The notes below the pieces were generated by a model. That model was not told the DNA's origin. It saw only the letters and a program-made list of their open reading frames with translations, and made no database searches. A program made the position numbers and the translations under genes. A stretch of 64,000 bases of DNA from Squalus acanthias (Eukaryota). The DNA is taken from positions 18,602,001 to 18,666,000 of the forward strand of contig CM059432.1 of the NCBI GenBank assembly GCA_030390025.1. Direction: 5' to 3'. Of this stretch, positions 38,321 through 50,802 are shown piece by piece; positions within the stretch are counted from its first letter, which is position 1, and each line of letters begins with the position of its first letter.

Positions 38321-40039
38321 TCCTCCTCATCCTCCTCATCCTCCTCCTCCTCGTCCTCCTCCTCCTCCTCGTCCTCCTCGTCCTCGTCCTCGTCCTCCTC
38401 CTCCTCAACCTCCTTCTCCTCGTCCTCCTCGTCCTCCTCGTCCTCCTCCTCCTCATCCTCCTCCTCCTCGTCCTCATCCTCCTCCTCCTCCTCGTCCTCC
38501 TCCTCATCCTCCTCCTCCTCGTCCTCCTCCTCGTCCTCCTCCTCCTCGTCCTCCTCCTCCTCCTCCTCCTCCTTATCCTCCTCCTCCTCCTCCTCCTCAT
38601 CCTCCTTCTCCTCCTCCTCCTCGTCCTCCTCGTCCTCCTCCTCGTCTTCCTCCTCCTCCTCGTCCTCCTCCTCCTCCTCCTCCTCCTCCTCCTCCTCCTC
38701 CTCCTCCTCCTCCTCCTCCTCGTCCTGCTCGTCCTCCTCCTCCTCGTCCTCCTCCTCCTCCTCCACCTCCTCCTCCTCGTCCTCCTCTTCCTCGTCCTCC
38801 TCCTCCTCGTCCTCCTCGTCCTCCTCCTCGTCCTCCTCCTCCTCTTCCTCCTCCTCCTCCTCCTCGTCCTCCTCCTCCTGCTCATCCTCCTCCTCCTCCT
38901 CCTCCTCCTCCACCTCCTCGTCCTCCTCCTCCTCCTCCTCCACCTCCTCGTCCTCCACCTCCTCCTCCTCCTCGTCCTCCTTCTCGTCCACCTCGTCCTC
39001 CTCCTCCTCCTCGTCCTCCTCCTCCTCCTCGTCCTCCTCCACCTCCTCCTCCTCCACCTCCTCCACCTCCTCGTCCTCCTCCTCGTCCTCGTCCTCCTCC
39101 TCCACCACCTCCTCGTCCTCGTCCTCCTCCTCGTCCTCATCCTCCTCGTCCTCCACCTCCTCGTCCTCCACCTCCTCGTCCTCCTCCTCCTCGTCCTCCT
39201 CCTCCTCGTCCTCCACCTCCTCGTCCTCCACCTGCTCGTCCTCCTCCTCCTCGTCCTCCTCCTCCTCGTCCTCCTCCTCCTCGTCCTCCACCTCCTCGTC
39301 CTCCACCTCCTCGTCCTCCTCCTCCTCGTCCTCCACCTCCTCGTCCTCCTCCTCCTCGTCCTCCTCCTCCTCGTCCTCGTCCTCCTCCTCCTCGTCATCC
39401 ACCTCCTCGTCCTCCTCCTCCTCGTCCTCCTCCTCCTCGTCCTCCACCTCCTCGTCCTCCTCCTCCTCGTCCTCCTCCTCCTCGTCCTCCTCCTCCTCGT
39501 CCTCCACCTACTCGACCTCCACCTCCTCCTCCTCCTCCTCCTCCACCTCCTCCTCCTCCACCTCCTCCTCCACCTCCTCCTCCACCTCCTCGTCCTCATC
39601 CTCCTCGTCCTCCACCTCCTTGTCCTCCTCCTCCTCTTCCTCCACCTCATCCTCATCCACTTCCTCGTCCTCCTCCTCCTCGTCCTCCTCCTCCTCGTCC
39701 TCCACCTCCTCGTCCTCCTCCTCCTCGTCCTCCTCCTCCTCCTGCTCCTCATCCTCCACCTCCTCCTCCACCTCATCCTCCTCCTCCTCCTCATCCTCCT
39801 CCTCCTCGTCCTCCTCCTCATCCTCCTCCTCCTCCTCCTCATCCTCCACCTCCTCCTCCACCTCATCCTCCTCCTCCTCCTCCTACTCCTCCTCGTCCTC
39901 CACCTCATCCTCCTCCTCCTCCTCGTCCTCCTCATCCTCCTCCTCCTCGTCCTCCTCCTCCTCCTCATCCTCCTCCTCCTCCTCCTCCTCCTCCTCGTCC
40001 TCCTCCTCCTCCTCGTCCTCCTCCTCCTCATCCTCCTCA

Positions 40040-40072
<33 letters not shown>

Positions 40073-43000
40073 TCCTCCTCATCCTCCTCATCCTCCTCCT
40101 CCTCGTCCTCCTCCTCCTCCTCGTCCTCCTCGTCCTCGTCCTCGTCCTCCTCCTCCTCAACCTCCTTCTCCTCGTCCTCCTCGTCCTCCTCGTCCTCCTC
40201 CTCCTCATCCTCCTCCTCCTCGTCCTCATCCTCCTCCTCCTCCTCGTCCTCCTCCTCATCCTCCTCCTCCTCGTCCTCCTCCTCGTCCTCCTCCTCCTCG
40301 TCCTCCTCCTCCTCCTCCTCCTCCTTATCCTCCTCCTCCTCCTCCTCCTCATCCTCCTTCTCCTCCTCCTCCTCGTCCTCCTCGTCCTCCTCCTCATCTT
40401 CCTCCTCCTCCTCGTCCTCCTCCTCCTCCTCCTCCTCCTCCTCCTCCTCCTCCTCCTCCTCGTCCTGCTCGTCCTCCTCCTCCTCGTCCTCCTCCTCCTC
40501 CTCCACCTCCTCCTCCTCGTCCTCCTCTTCCTCGTCCTCCTCCTCCTCGTCCTCCTCGTCCTCCTCCTCGTCCTCCTCCTCCTCGTCCTCGTCGTCCTCA
40601 TCCTCCTCCTCCTCGTCCTCCTCCTCCTCATCCTCCTCGTCCTCCTCCTCCTCCTCCTCGTCCTCCTCCTCCTCGTCCTCCTCGTCCTCCTCCTCGTCCT
40701 CCTCCTCCTCGTCCTCGTCGTCCTCATCCTCCTCCTCCTCGTCCTCCTCATCCTCCTCCTCCTCGTCCTCCTCGTCCTCCTCCTCCTCATCCTCCTCCTC
40801 CTCCTCCTCCACTTCCTCCTCTTCCTCCTCCTCCTCGTCCTCCTCCTCCTCCTCCTCTTCCTCCTCCTCCTCCTCCTCCTCGTCCTCCTCCTCCTCCTCA
40901 TCCTCCTCCTCCTCCTCCTCCTCCTCCACCTCCTCGTCCTCCTCCTCCTCCTCCTCCACCTACTCGTCCTCCACCTCCTCCTCCTCCTCGTCCTCCTTCT
41001 CGTCCACCTCCTCCTCCTCCTCCTCCTCGTCCTCCTCCCCCTCCTCGTCCTCCTCCACCTCCTCCTCCTCCACCTCCTCCACCTCCTCGTCCTCCTCCTC
41101 GTCCTCGTCCTCCTCCTCCACCACCTCCTCGTCCTCGTCCTCGTCCTCCTCCTCGTCCTCATCCTCCTCGTCCTCCACCTCCTTGTCCTCCACCTCCTCG
41201 TCCACCACCTCCTCGTCCTCCACCTCCTCGTCCTCCTCCTCCTCGTCCTCCTCCTCCTCGTCCTCCACCTCCTCGTCCTCCACCTGCTCGTCCTCCTCCT
41301 CCTCGTCCTCCTCCTCCTCGTCCTCCTCCTCCTCGTCCTCCACCTCCTCGTCCTCCTCCTCCTCGTCCTCCACCTCCTCGTCCTCCTCCTCCTCGTCCTC
41401 CTCCTCCTCGTCCTCCTCCTCCTCCTCGTCATCCTCCTCCTCGTCCTCCTCCTCCTCGTCCTCCTCCTCCTCGTCCTCCACCTCCTCGTCCTCCTCCTCC
41501 TCGTCCTCCTCCTCCTCGTCCTCCTCCTCCTCGTCCTCCACCTCCTCGACCTCCACCTCCTCCTCCTCCTCCTCCTCCACCTCCTCCTCCTCCACCTCCT
41601 CCTCCACCTCCTCCTCCACCTCCTCGTCCTCATCCTCCTCGTCCTCCACCTCCTCGTCCTCCTCCTCCTCCTCCTCCACCTCACCTCATCCACTTCCTCG
41701 TCCTCCTCCTCCTCGTCCTCCTCGTCCTCGTCCTCCACCTCCTCGTCCTCCACCTCCTCGTCCTCCTCCTCCTCGTCCTCCTCCTCCTCGTCCTCCTCGT
41801 CCTCCTCCTCCTCCTCCTCCTCCTCGTCCTCCTCGTCCTCCTCCTCGTCCTCCTCCTCCTCGTCCTCGTCGTCCTCATCCTCCTCCTCCTCGTCCTCCTC
41901 ATCCTCCTCCTCCTCGTCCTCCTCGTCCTCCTCCTCCTCGTCCTCCTCCTCCTCCTCCTCCACTTCCTCTCTTCGTCCTCCTCCTCGTCCTCCTCCTCCT
42001 CCTCCTCTTCCTCCTCCTCCTCCTCCTCCTCGTCCTCCTCCTCCTCCTCATCCTCCTCCTCCTCCTCCTCCTCCTCCACCTCCTTGTCCTCCTCCTCCTC
42101 CTCCTCACCTCCTCGTCCTCCACCTCCTCCTCCTCCTCGTCCTCCTTCTCGTCCACCTCCTCCTCCTCCTCCTCCTCGTCCTCCTCCCCCTCCTCGTCCT
42201 CCTCCACCTCCTCCTCCTCCACCTCCTCCACCTCCTCATCCTCCTCCTCGTCCTCGTCCTCCTCCTCCACCACCTCCTCGTCCTCGTCCTCCTCCCCGTC
42301 CTCATCCTCCTCGTCCTCCACCTCCTCGTCCTCCACCTCCTCGTCCTCCACCTCCTCGTCCTCCACCTCCTCGTCCTCCTCCTCCTCGTCCTCCTCCTCC
42401 TCGTCCTCCACCTCCTCGTCCTCCACCTGCTCGTCCTCGTCCTCCTCGTCCTCCTCCTCCTCGTCCTCCTCCTCCTCGTCCTCACCTCCTCGTCCTCCTC
42501 CTCCTCGTCCTCCACCTCCTCGTCCTCCTCCTCCTCGTCCTCCTCCTCCTCGTCATCCTCCTCCTCGTCCTCCTCCTCCTCGTCCTCCTCCTCCTCGTCC
42601 TCCACCTCCTCGTCCTCCACCTCCTCGTCCTCCTCCTCCTCGTCCTCCTCCTCCTCGTCCTCCACCTCCTCGACCTCCACCTCCTCCTCCTCCTCCTCCT
42701 CCACCTCCTCCTCCTCCACCTCCTCCTCCACCTCCTCCTCCACCTCCTCGTCCTCATCCTCCTCGTCCTCCACCTCCTCGTCCTCCTCCTCCTCCTCCTC
42801 CACCTCACCTCATCCACTTCCTCGTCCTCCTCCTCCTCGTCCTCCTCCTCCTCGTCCTCCACCTCCTCGTCCTCCACCTCCTCGTCCTCCTCCTCCTCGT
42901 CCTCCTCCTCCTCGTCCTCCTCGTCCTCCTCCTCCTCCTCCTCGTCCTCCTCCTCCTCGTCCTCCTCCTCCTCGTCCTCCTCCTCCTCGTCCTCCACCTC

Positions 43001-46000
43001 CTCGTCCTCCTCCTCCTCGTCCTCCTCCTTCTCCTCCTCCTCGTCCTCCTCCTCCTCCTCGTCCTCCTCCTCCTTGTCCTCCTCCTCCTCCTCCTCCTCC
43101 TCCACCTCCTCGTCCTCCTCATCCTCGTCCTCCTCATCCTCGTCCTCCTCCTCCTCGTCCTCCTCCTCCTCGTCCTCCACCTCCTCGTCCTCCTCCTCCT
43201 CGTCCTCCACCTCCTCGTCCTCCTCCTCGTCGTCCTCCTCCTCCTCGTCCTCCTCCTCCTCGTCCTCCTCCTCCTCGTCCCCCTCGTCCTCCTCCTCCTC
43301 GTCCTCCTCGTCCTCCTCCTCCTCGTCCTCCTCCTCCTCGTCCTCCACCTCCTCGTCCTCCTCCTCCTCGTCCTCCTCCTCCTCGTCCTCCTCCTCCTCG
43401 TCCTCCACCTCCACGTCCTCCTCCTCCTCGTCCTCCTCCTCCTCGTCCTCCTCCTCCTCGTCCTCCTCCTCCTCGTCCTCCTGCTCCTCGTCCTCCACCT
43501 CCTCGTCCTCCTCCTCCTCGTCCTCCTCCTCCTCGTCCTCCTCCTCCTCGTCCTCCATTTCCTCGTCCTCCTCCTCCTCGTCCTCCTCCTCCTCGTCCTC
43601 CTCCTCCTCGTCCTCCTCCTCCACCTCCTCGTCCTCCTCATCCTCGTCCTCCTCTTCCTCGTCCTCCTCCTCCTCGTCCTCCACCTCCTTGTCCTCCTCC
43701 TCCTCGCCCTCCACCTCCTCGTCCTCCTCCTCCTCGTCCTCCTCCTCCTCGTCCTCCTCCTCCTCGTCCTCCTCCTCCTCGTCCTCCACCTCCACGTCCT
43801 CCTCCTCCTCGTCCTCCTCCTCCTCGTCCTCCTCCTCCTCGTCCTCCTGCTCCTCGTCCTCCACCTCCTCGTCCTCCTCCTCCTCGTCCTCCTCCTCCTC
43901 GTCCTCCTCCTCCTCATCCTCCTCCTCCTCGTCCTCCATTTCCTCGTCCTCCTCCTCCTCCTCCTCCACCTACTCGTCCTCCTCCTCCTCCTCCTCCACC
44001 TACTCGTCCTCCACCTCCTCCTCCTCCTCGTCCTCCTTCTCGTCCACCTCCTCCTCCTCCTCCTCCTCGTCCTCCTCCCCCTCCTCGTCCTCCTCCACCT
44101 CCTCCTCCTCCACCTCCTCCACCTCCTCGTCCTCCTCCTCGTCCTCGTCCTCCTCCTCCACCACCTCCTCGTCCTCGTCCTCGTCCTCCTCCTCGTCCTC
44201 ATCCTCCTCGTCCTCCACCTCCTTGTCCTCCACCTCCTCGTCCACCACCTCCTCGTCCTCCACCTCCTCGTCCTCCTCCTCCTCGTCCTCCTCCTCCTCG
44301 TCCTCCACCTCCTCGTCCTCCACCTGCTCGTCCTCCTCCTCCTCGTCCTCCTCCTCCTCGTCCTCCTCCTCCTCGTCCTCCACCTCCTCGTCCTCCTCCT
44401 CCTCGTCCTCCACCTCCTCGTCCTCCTCCTCCTCGTCCTCCTCCTCCTCGTCCTCCTCCTCCTCCTCGTCATCCTCCTCCTCGTCCTCCTCCTCCTCGTC
44501 CTCCACCTCCTCGTCCTCCTCCTCCTCGTCCTCCTCCTCCTCGTCCTCCTCCTCCTCGTCCTCCACCTCCTCGACCTCCACCTCCTCCTCCTCCTCCTCC
44601 TCCACCTCCTCCTCCTCCACCTCCTCCTCCACCTCCTCCTCCACCTCCTCGTCCTCATCCTCCTCGTCCTCCACCTCCTCGTCCTCCTCCTCCTCCTCCT
44701 CCACCTCACCTCATCCACTTCCTCGTCCTCCTCCTCCTCGTCCTCCTCGTCCTCGTCCTCCACCTCCTCGTCCTCCACCTCCTCGTCCTCCTCCTCCTCG
44801 TCCTCCTCCTCCTCGTCCTCCTCGTCCTCCTCCTCCTCCTCCTCCTCCTCGTCCTCCTCGTCCTCCTCCTCGTCCTCCTCCTCCTCGTCCTCGTCGTCCT
44901 CATCCTCCTCCTCCTCGTCCTCCTCATCCTCCTCCTCCTCGTCCTCCTCGTCCTCCTCCTCCTCGTCCTCCTCCTCCTCCTCCTCCACTTCCTCTCTTCG
45001 TCCTCCTCCTCGTCCTCCTCCTCCTCCTCCTCTTCCTCCTCCTCCTCCTCCTCCTCGTCCTCCTCCTCCTCCTCATCCTCCTCCTCCTCCTCCTCCTCCT
45101 CCACCTCCTTGTCCTCCTCCTCCTCCTCCTCCACCTCCTCGTCCTCCACCTCCTCCTCCTCCTCGTTCTCCTTCTCGTCCACCTCCTCCTCCTCCTCCTC
45201 CTCGTCCTCCTCCCCCTCCTCGTCCTCCTCCACCTCCTCCTCCTCCACCTCCTCCACCTCCTCGTCCTCCTCCTCGTCCTCGTCCTCCTCCTCCACCACC
45301 TCCTCGTCCTCGTCCTCCTCCCCGTCCTCATCCTCCTCGTCCTCCACCTCCTCGTCCTCCACCTCCTCGTCCTCCACCTCCTCGTCCTCCACCTCCTCGT
45401 CCTCCTCCTCCTCGTCCTCCTCCTCCTCGTCCTCCACCTCCTCGTCCTCCACCTGCTCGTCCTCGTCCTCCTCGTCCTCCTCCTCCTCGTCCTCCTCCTC
45501 CTCGTCCTCCACCTCCTCGTCCTCCTCCTCCTCGTCCTCCACCTCCTCGTCCTCCTCCTCCTCGTCCTCCTCCTCCTCGTCATCCTCCTCCTCGTCCTCC
45601 TCCTCCTCGTCCTCCTCCTCCTCGTCCTCCACCTCCTCGTCCTCCTCCTCCTCGTCCTCCTCCTCCTCGTCCTCCTCCTCCTCGTCCTCCACCTCCTCGA
45701 CCTCCACCTCCTCCTCCTCCTCCTCCTCCACCTCCTCCTCCTCCACCTCCTCCTCCACCTCCTCCTCCACCTCCTCGTCCTCATCCTCCTCGTCCTCCAC
45801 CTCCTCGTCCTCCTCCTCCTCCTCCTCCACCTCACCTCATCCACTTCCTCGTCCTCCTCCTCCTCGTCCTCCTCCTCCTCGTCCTCCACCTCCTCGTCCT
45901 CCACCTCCTCGTCCTCCTCCTCCTCGTCCTCCTCCTCCTCGTCCTCCTCGTCCTCCTCCTCCTCCTCCTCGTCCTCCTCCTCCTCGTCCTCCTCCTCCTC

Positions 46001-47443
46001 GTCCTCCTCCTCCTCGTCCTCCACCTCCTCGTCCTCCTCCTCCTCGTCCTCCTCCTTCTCCTCCTCCTCGTTCTCCTCCTCCTCCTCGTCCTCCTCCTCC
46101 TCGTCCTCCTCCTCCTCCTCCTCCTCCTCCACCTCCTCGTCCTCCTCATCCTCGTCCTCCTCATCCTCGTCCTCCTCCTCCTCGTCCTCCTCCTCCTCGT
46201 CCTCCACCTCCTCGTCCTCCTCCTCCTCGTCCTCCACCTCCTCGTCCTCCTCCTCGTCGTCCTCCTCCTCCTCGTCCTCCTCCTCCTCGTCCTCCTCCTC
46301 CTCGTCCCCTCGTCCTCCTCCTCCTCGTCCTCCTCGTCCTCCTCCTCCTCGTCCTCCTCCTCCTCGTCCTCCACCTCCTCGTCCTCCTCCTCCTCGTCCT
46401 CCTCCTCCTCGTCCTCCTCCTCCTCGTCCTCCACCTCCACGTCCTCCTCCTCCTCGTCCTCCTCCTCCTCGTCCTCCTCCTCCTCGTCCTCCTCCTCCTC
46501 GTCCTCCTGCTCCTCGTCCTCCACCTCCTCGTCCTCCTCCTCCTCGTCCTCCTCCTCCTCGTCCTCCTCCTCCTCGTCCTCCTCCTCCTCGTCCTCCTCG
46601 TCCTCCTCCTCCTCCTCCTCGTCCTCCTCCTCCTCGTCCTCCTCCTCCTCGTCCTCCTCCTCCTCGTCCTCCACCTCCTCGTCCTCCTCCTCCTCGTCCT
46701 CCTCCTTCTCCTCCTCCTCGTTCTCCTCCTCCTCCTCGTCCTCCTCCTCCTCGTCCTCCTCCTCCTCCTCCTCCTCCTCCACCTCCTCGTCCTCCTCATC
46801 CTCGTCCTCCTCATCCTCGTCCTCCTCCTCCTCGTCCTCCTCCTCCTCGTCCTCCACCTCCTCGTCCTCCTCCTCCTCGTCCTCCTCCTCCTCGTCCTCC
46901 ATTTCCTCGTCCTCCTCCTCCTCGTCCTCCTCCTCCTCGTCCTCCTCCTCCTCGTCCTCCTCCTCCACCTCCTCGTCCTCCTCATCCTCGTCCTCCTCTT
47001 CCTCGTCCTCCTCCTCCTCGTCCTCCACCTCCTTGTCCTCCTCCTCCTCGCCCTCCACCTCCTCGTCCTCCTCCTCCTCGTCCTCCTCCTCCTCGTCCTC
47101 CTCCTCCTCGTCCTCCTCCTCCTCGTCCTCCTCCTCCTCGTCCTCCACCTCCACGTCCTCCTCCTCCTCGTCCTCCTCCTCCTCGTCCTCCTCCTCCTCG
47201 TCCTCCTGCTCCTCGTCCTCCACCTCCTCGTCCTCCTCCTCCTCGTCCTCCTCCTCCTCGTCCTCCTCCTCCTCATCCTCCTCCTCCTCGTCCTCCATTT
47301 CCTCGTCCTCCTCCTCCTCGTCCTCCTCCTCCTCGTCCTCCTCCTCGTCCTCCTCCTCCTCGTCCTCCTCCTCCACCTCCTCGGCCTCCTCCTCCTCCTC
47401 GGCCTCCTCCTCCTCCTCGTCCTCCTCTGCCTCGTCGTCCTCC
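35704..47443. repeat. Interrupted (TCC)n array, right block with higher-order duplications (TCG-rich)
   Basis: Directly visible; rare variants recur at fixed offsets of 1752 bp and ~3.03 kb. Confidence 0.99.
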
Positions 47444-48189
47444 TGAGGTAATCCCGCAATCCCACAGACCCCATGACTGTGAGGAAGTGTTGTGAGCAGA
47501 AAACTTTAACAAATAATGAGTGTCTTCTGCACTTGAATCAACACTCCCTGTCACCAAAAAAACTTGAAATAACTAAGGAAAGCCGTTACAGTTGCAGGAA
47601 GTAGCAAACAGCCACTAAAACTGCAGAACCATGTTAGGTGCAGCTGATTGGGGCTGGTGCCTTTAAATACCACTGCTGCAGCCTGCTTCCTGCTGGTAGA
47701 CGACAGTTCACCCTGTTGTTGTTCTGCGCTGCCGTTAAGGTAAGTGGCTATAACGAAGTTAGGAGATTGAACGGCCAGTGAGCATTGCACACTCACTGAC
47801 ATCATGATCTCCATGATGGCAAGGTCCCTGGTTATTGAGTTTAGTGGCAGCGCTACCGGCAACACCAATATGGCGTGCGGCACTGGAACTGGCATCAGCT
47901 GTCATTAGAGCTGTCAACAGCGTTTTAGTGCCATCTCGTGGTGCTAACGTGTGGCGCAAACCATACAAATTTCTCCCCCTTTATCTCCAAGGACAGGCAT
48001 CCACAGACATGCTCTCAGAATTCAAGTGCTTGCACTGTTGAGTTCCTTAAAATAAAGGCACTGTAGCAGTTCCCAGTGAAGTGAGCATTCACTTGAATAA
48101 TGGTGCTCTGCTCGTTACAAACAATTGAGAGTTGAGAGTTTTATTTTTTCCTGTTGACATATCCATTGATGAAGGTGCTCTTTGGACCA

Positions 48190-49160
48190 TCAGCCATGGC
48201 TCAGTGATAGCACTCTCGCCTCTGACTCAGAAGGTCATGAATTTAATTTCCACTTCAGAGACTTGAGCACATAATCTAGGCTGTCACTTTGGTGCAATAC
48301 TGAGTGAGTGTTGGACTGTCGGAGGTGTATCTTTCAGAAGAGGCATTAAACCGAGGTCCCATCTATCCTCTCAGTTGAACGTATTCAAAGAAGATCAGGG
48401 GAGTGCTCCTGGTGTCCTGGCCAATACTTATCATTTAACCAACAACACTAAAAGTTATACAGATTATGTGGTCATTATCTCAGTGCTGTTTGTTGGACCA
48501 AGTTGTATGCAAATTGGCTGCCACATTTGCCTACATTATAAACTCAACTTCATAGAATCATAGAAGATAGGAGCAGGAGTAGGCCATTCGGCCCCTCTAC
48601 CCTGCTCCGCCATTCAATGTGATCATGGCTGATCATCCAAATTCAGTACCCTGTCCCTGCTTTCTCCCCATATCCCTTGATCCCTTTAGCCTTAAGAAAT
48701 ATATCCAACTCCTTCTTGAATCTATTTAATGAATTGACCTCTACTGCCTTCTGTGGCAGAGAATTCCACAGGTTCACCACTCTCTGGGTGAAGAAATTCC
48801 TCCTCATTTCTGTCCTAAATGGCTTGCCCCTTATCCTTAGACTGTGACCCCTGGTTCTGGACTCCCTGACCATTGGGAACATCCTTCCTGCATCTAGCTT
48901 GTCCTGTCCTGTCAGAATGTTATAAGTTTCAATGAGATCCCCTCTCATTCTTCTAAACTCCAGTGAGTATAAGCCCAATCGACCCAATCTCTCTTCATAC
49001 GTTATTCCTGCCATCCCAAGTATCAGCCTTGTGACTCTTCACTGAACTCCTTCCATGGCAAGAACATCCTTCCTCAGATAAGGCGACCAAAACTGCACAC
49101 AGTACTTCATTGGCTGTAAAAAAACTTTGGGATGTCCTGATGTTGTAAAAGACTTTATAT
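48190..49160 (+). mobile_element. DeuSINE interrupted by a CR1
   Basis: Head atggctcagtgatagcactctcgcc, Deu domain to ~48550, resumes agtacttcattggctgtaaa at 49101. Confidence 0.8.
48551..49101 (-). mobile_element. CR1 3' fragment
   Basis: ORF 48643-49014 YEERLGRLGLYSLEFRRMRGDLIET. Confidence 0.95.
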
Positions 49161-49391
49161 ATGCAAGTTCCTTCTTTGTTTCTTGGGGAAAGTTTGACAC
49201 TCAGTAAAGTTACAGTGCACTGGTTGCCCCTGAAGTTGCTGATTAAATTATTAATATTGAGTATTTCCAGCATTTTCTGTTTTTATTCCAGATTTCCAGC
49301 ATCCGCAGTATTTTGCTTTTGTATTTCTGATTAAATTAATAGTGTGTTGGAACAATGGATCGTGACTTGCTGCTATATCTGTGCACAGTTA

Positions 49392-50552
49392 AGAACATAA
49401 GAACTTAAGAAATAGGAGCAGGAGTAGGCCATTCAGCCCCTCAAGCCAGCTCCGCCTATCAGTAAGATCATGGCTGATCTTTTACCTCAACTCTATTTTC
49501 CTGCGCTATCCCCATATCTCTTGATTCCCTTAATATCCAAAAACTTATCTATCTCTGTCTTGAATATACTCAATGACTGAGCCTCCACAGCCCTCTGGGG
49601 TAGAGAATTCCAAAGATTCACCACCCTCCGAGTGAAGAAATTTTTCCTCATCTCAGTCCTGAATGGCCTACCCTTTATCCTGAGACTGTGACTCCTGGTT
49701 CTAGACTCCCCAGCCAGGGAAATATCCTCCCTGCATCTACCCTGTCAAGCCCTCTAAAAATTCTGTATGTTTCAATGAGATCACCTCTCATTCTTCTAAA
49801 CTCTAGAGAACATAGGCCTAGTTTACTCAATCTCTCCTCATAGGACAACTCCCCCGCATCCCAGGAATCAGTCTGGTGAACCTTCGTTGGACTCCCTCTA
49901 TGGCAAGTATCTCCTTCCTTAGGTAGGGAGACCAAAACTGTACACAATACTCCAGGTGTGGTCTCACCAGAACCCTATATAATTGCAGTAAGACATCTTT
50001 ACTCTTATACTCAAAATCCTCTTGTAATAAAGGCCAACATTTGCTTTCCTAATTGCCTGCTGTACCTCCAGTGATTCGTGTACAAGGACACCCAGGTCCC
50101 TCTGCACACCAACATTTCCCAATCTCTCACCATTTAAAAAATACTCTGCTTTTCTATTTTTCCTACCAAAGTGGATAACTTCAAATTTCTCCACATTATA
50201 TTCCATTTGCCATGTTCTTGCCCACTCACTTAGCCTGTCTATAACCCCTTGAAGCCTCTTTGCATCCTCCTCACAACTTACATTCTCACCTAGATTTGTA
50301 ACATCAGCAAACTTGGATATATTACATTTGGTCCACTCATCCAAATCATTGATACAGATTGTGAATAGCTGAGGCCCAAGCACTGATCCTTGCAGTACCC
50401 CACTAGTTACAGCCTGCCAACCCGAAAATGACCCGTTTATTCCTACTCTCTGTTTTCTGTCCGTTAACCAATCCTGAATCTATGTGAGTATATTACCCCC
50501 AATCCTATGAGCCCTAATTTTGTTTAATAACTTCTTGTGTGGCACCTTATCG
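49392..50552 (-). mobile_element. CR1 3' portion
   Basis: [28 protein letters not shown]; aagaacataagaac tail. Confidence 0.95.
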
Positions 50553-50802
50553 ATGTTTGGCTTTGTTATAGATGTCCTCAGTGTCAACCCAGAAAGACCC
50601 CATGATATAGAAGTTACGGGCAATAGTGACTTGAACAGCCATCGGCAGAGTAGAATCTCTTGTGGAGGTGGGCTACAGGTATGCTGGCATAGCTTTGTGA
50701 TAGCTTCCTTTGTCAAGCGAAACCTCAGCAGGCACTACTCCTCTTTCAAATACAGGTCAGAGCATCTGTGCCTGCATATGGTGGATATTGGCAGGCAGGT
50801 AC

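Larger units (their letters stand above)
29148..47979. mobile_element. PIF/Harbinger non-autonomous element inflated to ~18.8 kb
   Basis: TIR-like GGGCTAGAAATT (29148) and AATTTCTCCCCC (ends 47979), 10/12 match; + strand Myb/SANT exon convergent with a - strand nuclease C-terminal remnant; no matching TSD. Confidence 0.6.

Noticed and set aside
33747..41963. 2738-aa Arg-rich protein fused to CR1 endonuclease/RT
   Set aside because: Chance read-through from a stop-free repeat frame into a 5'-truncated LINE; no credible start.
30102..47495. Giant poly-Ser/Pro/Leu/Arg/Glu ORFs (up to 3949 aa)
   Set aside because: TCC repeats lack stops in nearly all frames; the ORFs switch composition at frameshifts and overlap on both strands.
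29145..47982. Target-site duplication for the large Harbinger
   Set aside because: Flanks are AAA and TTT and do not match, so the exact boundaries, and whether both ends belong to one insertion, remain unproven.
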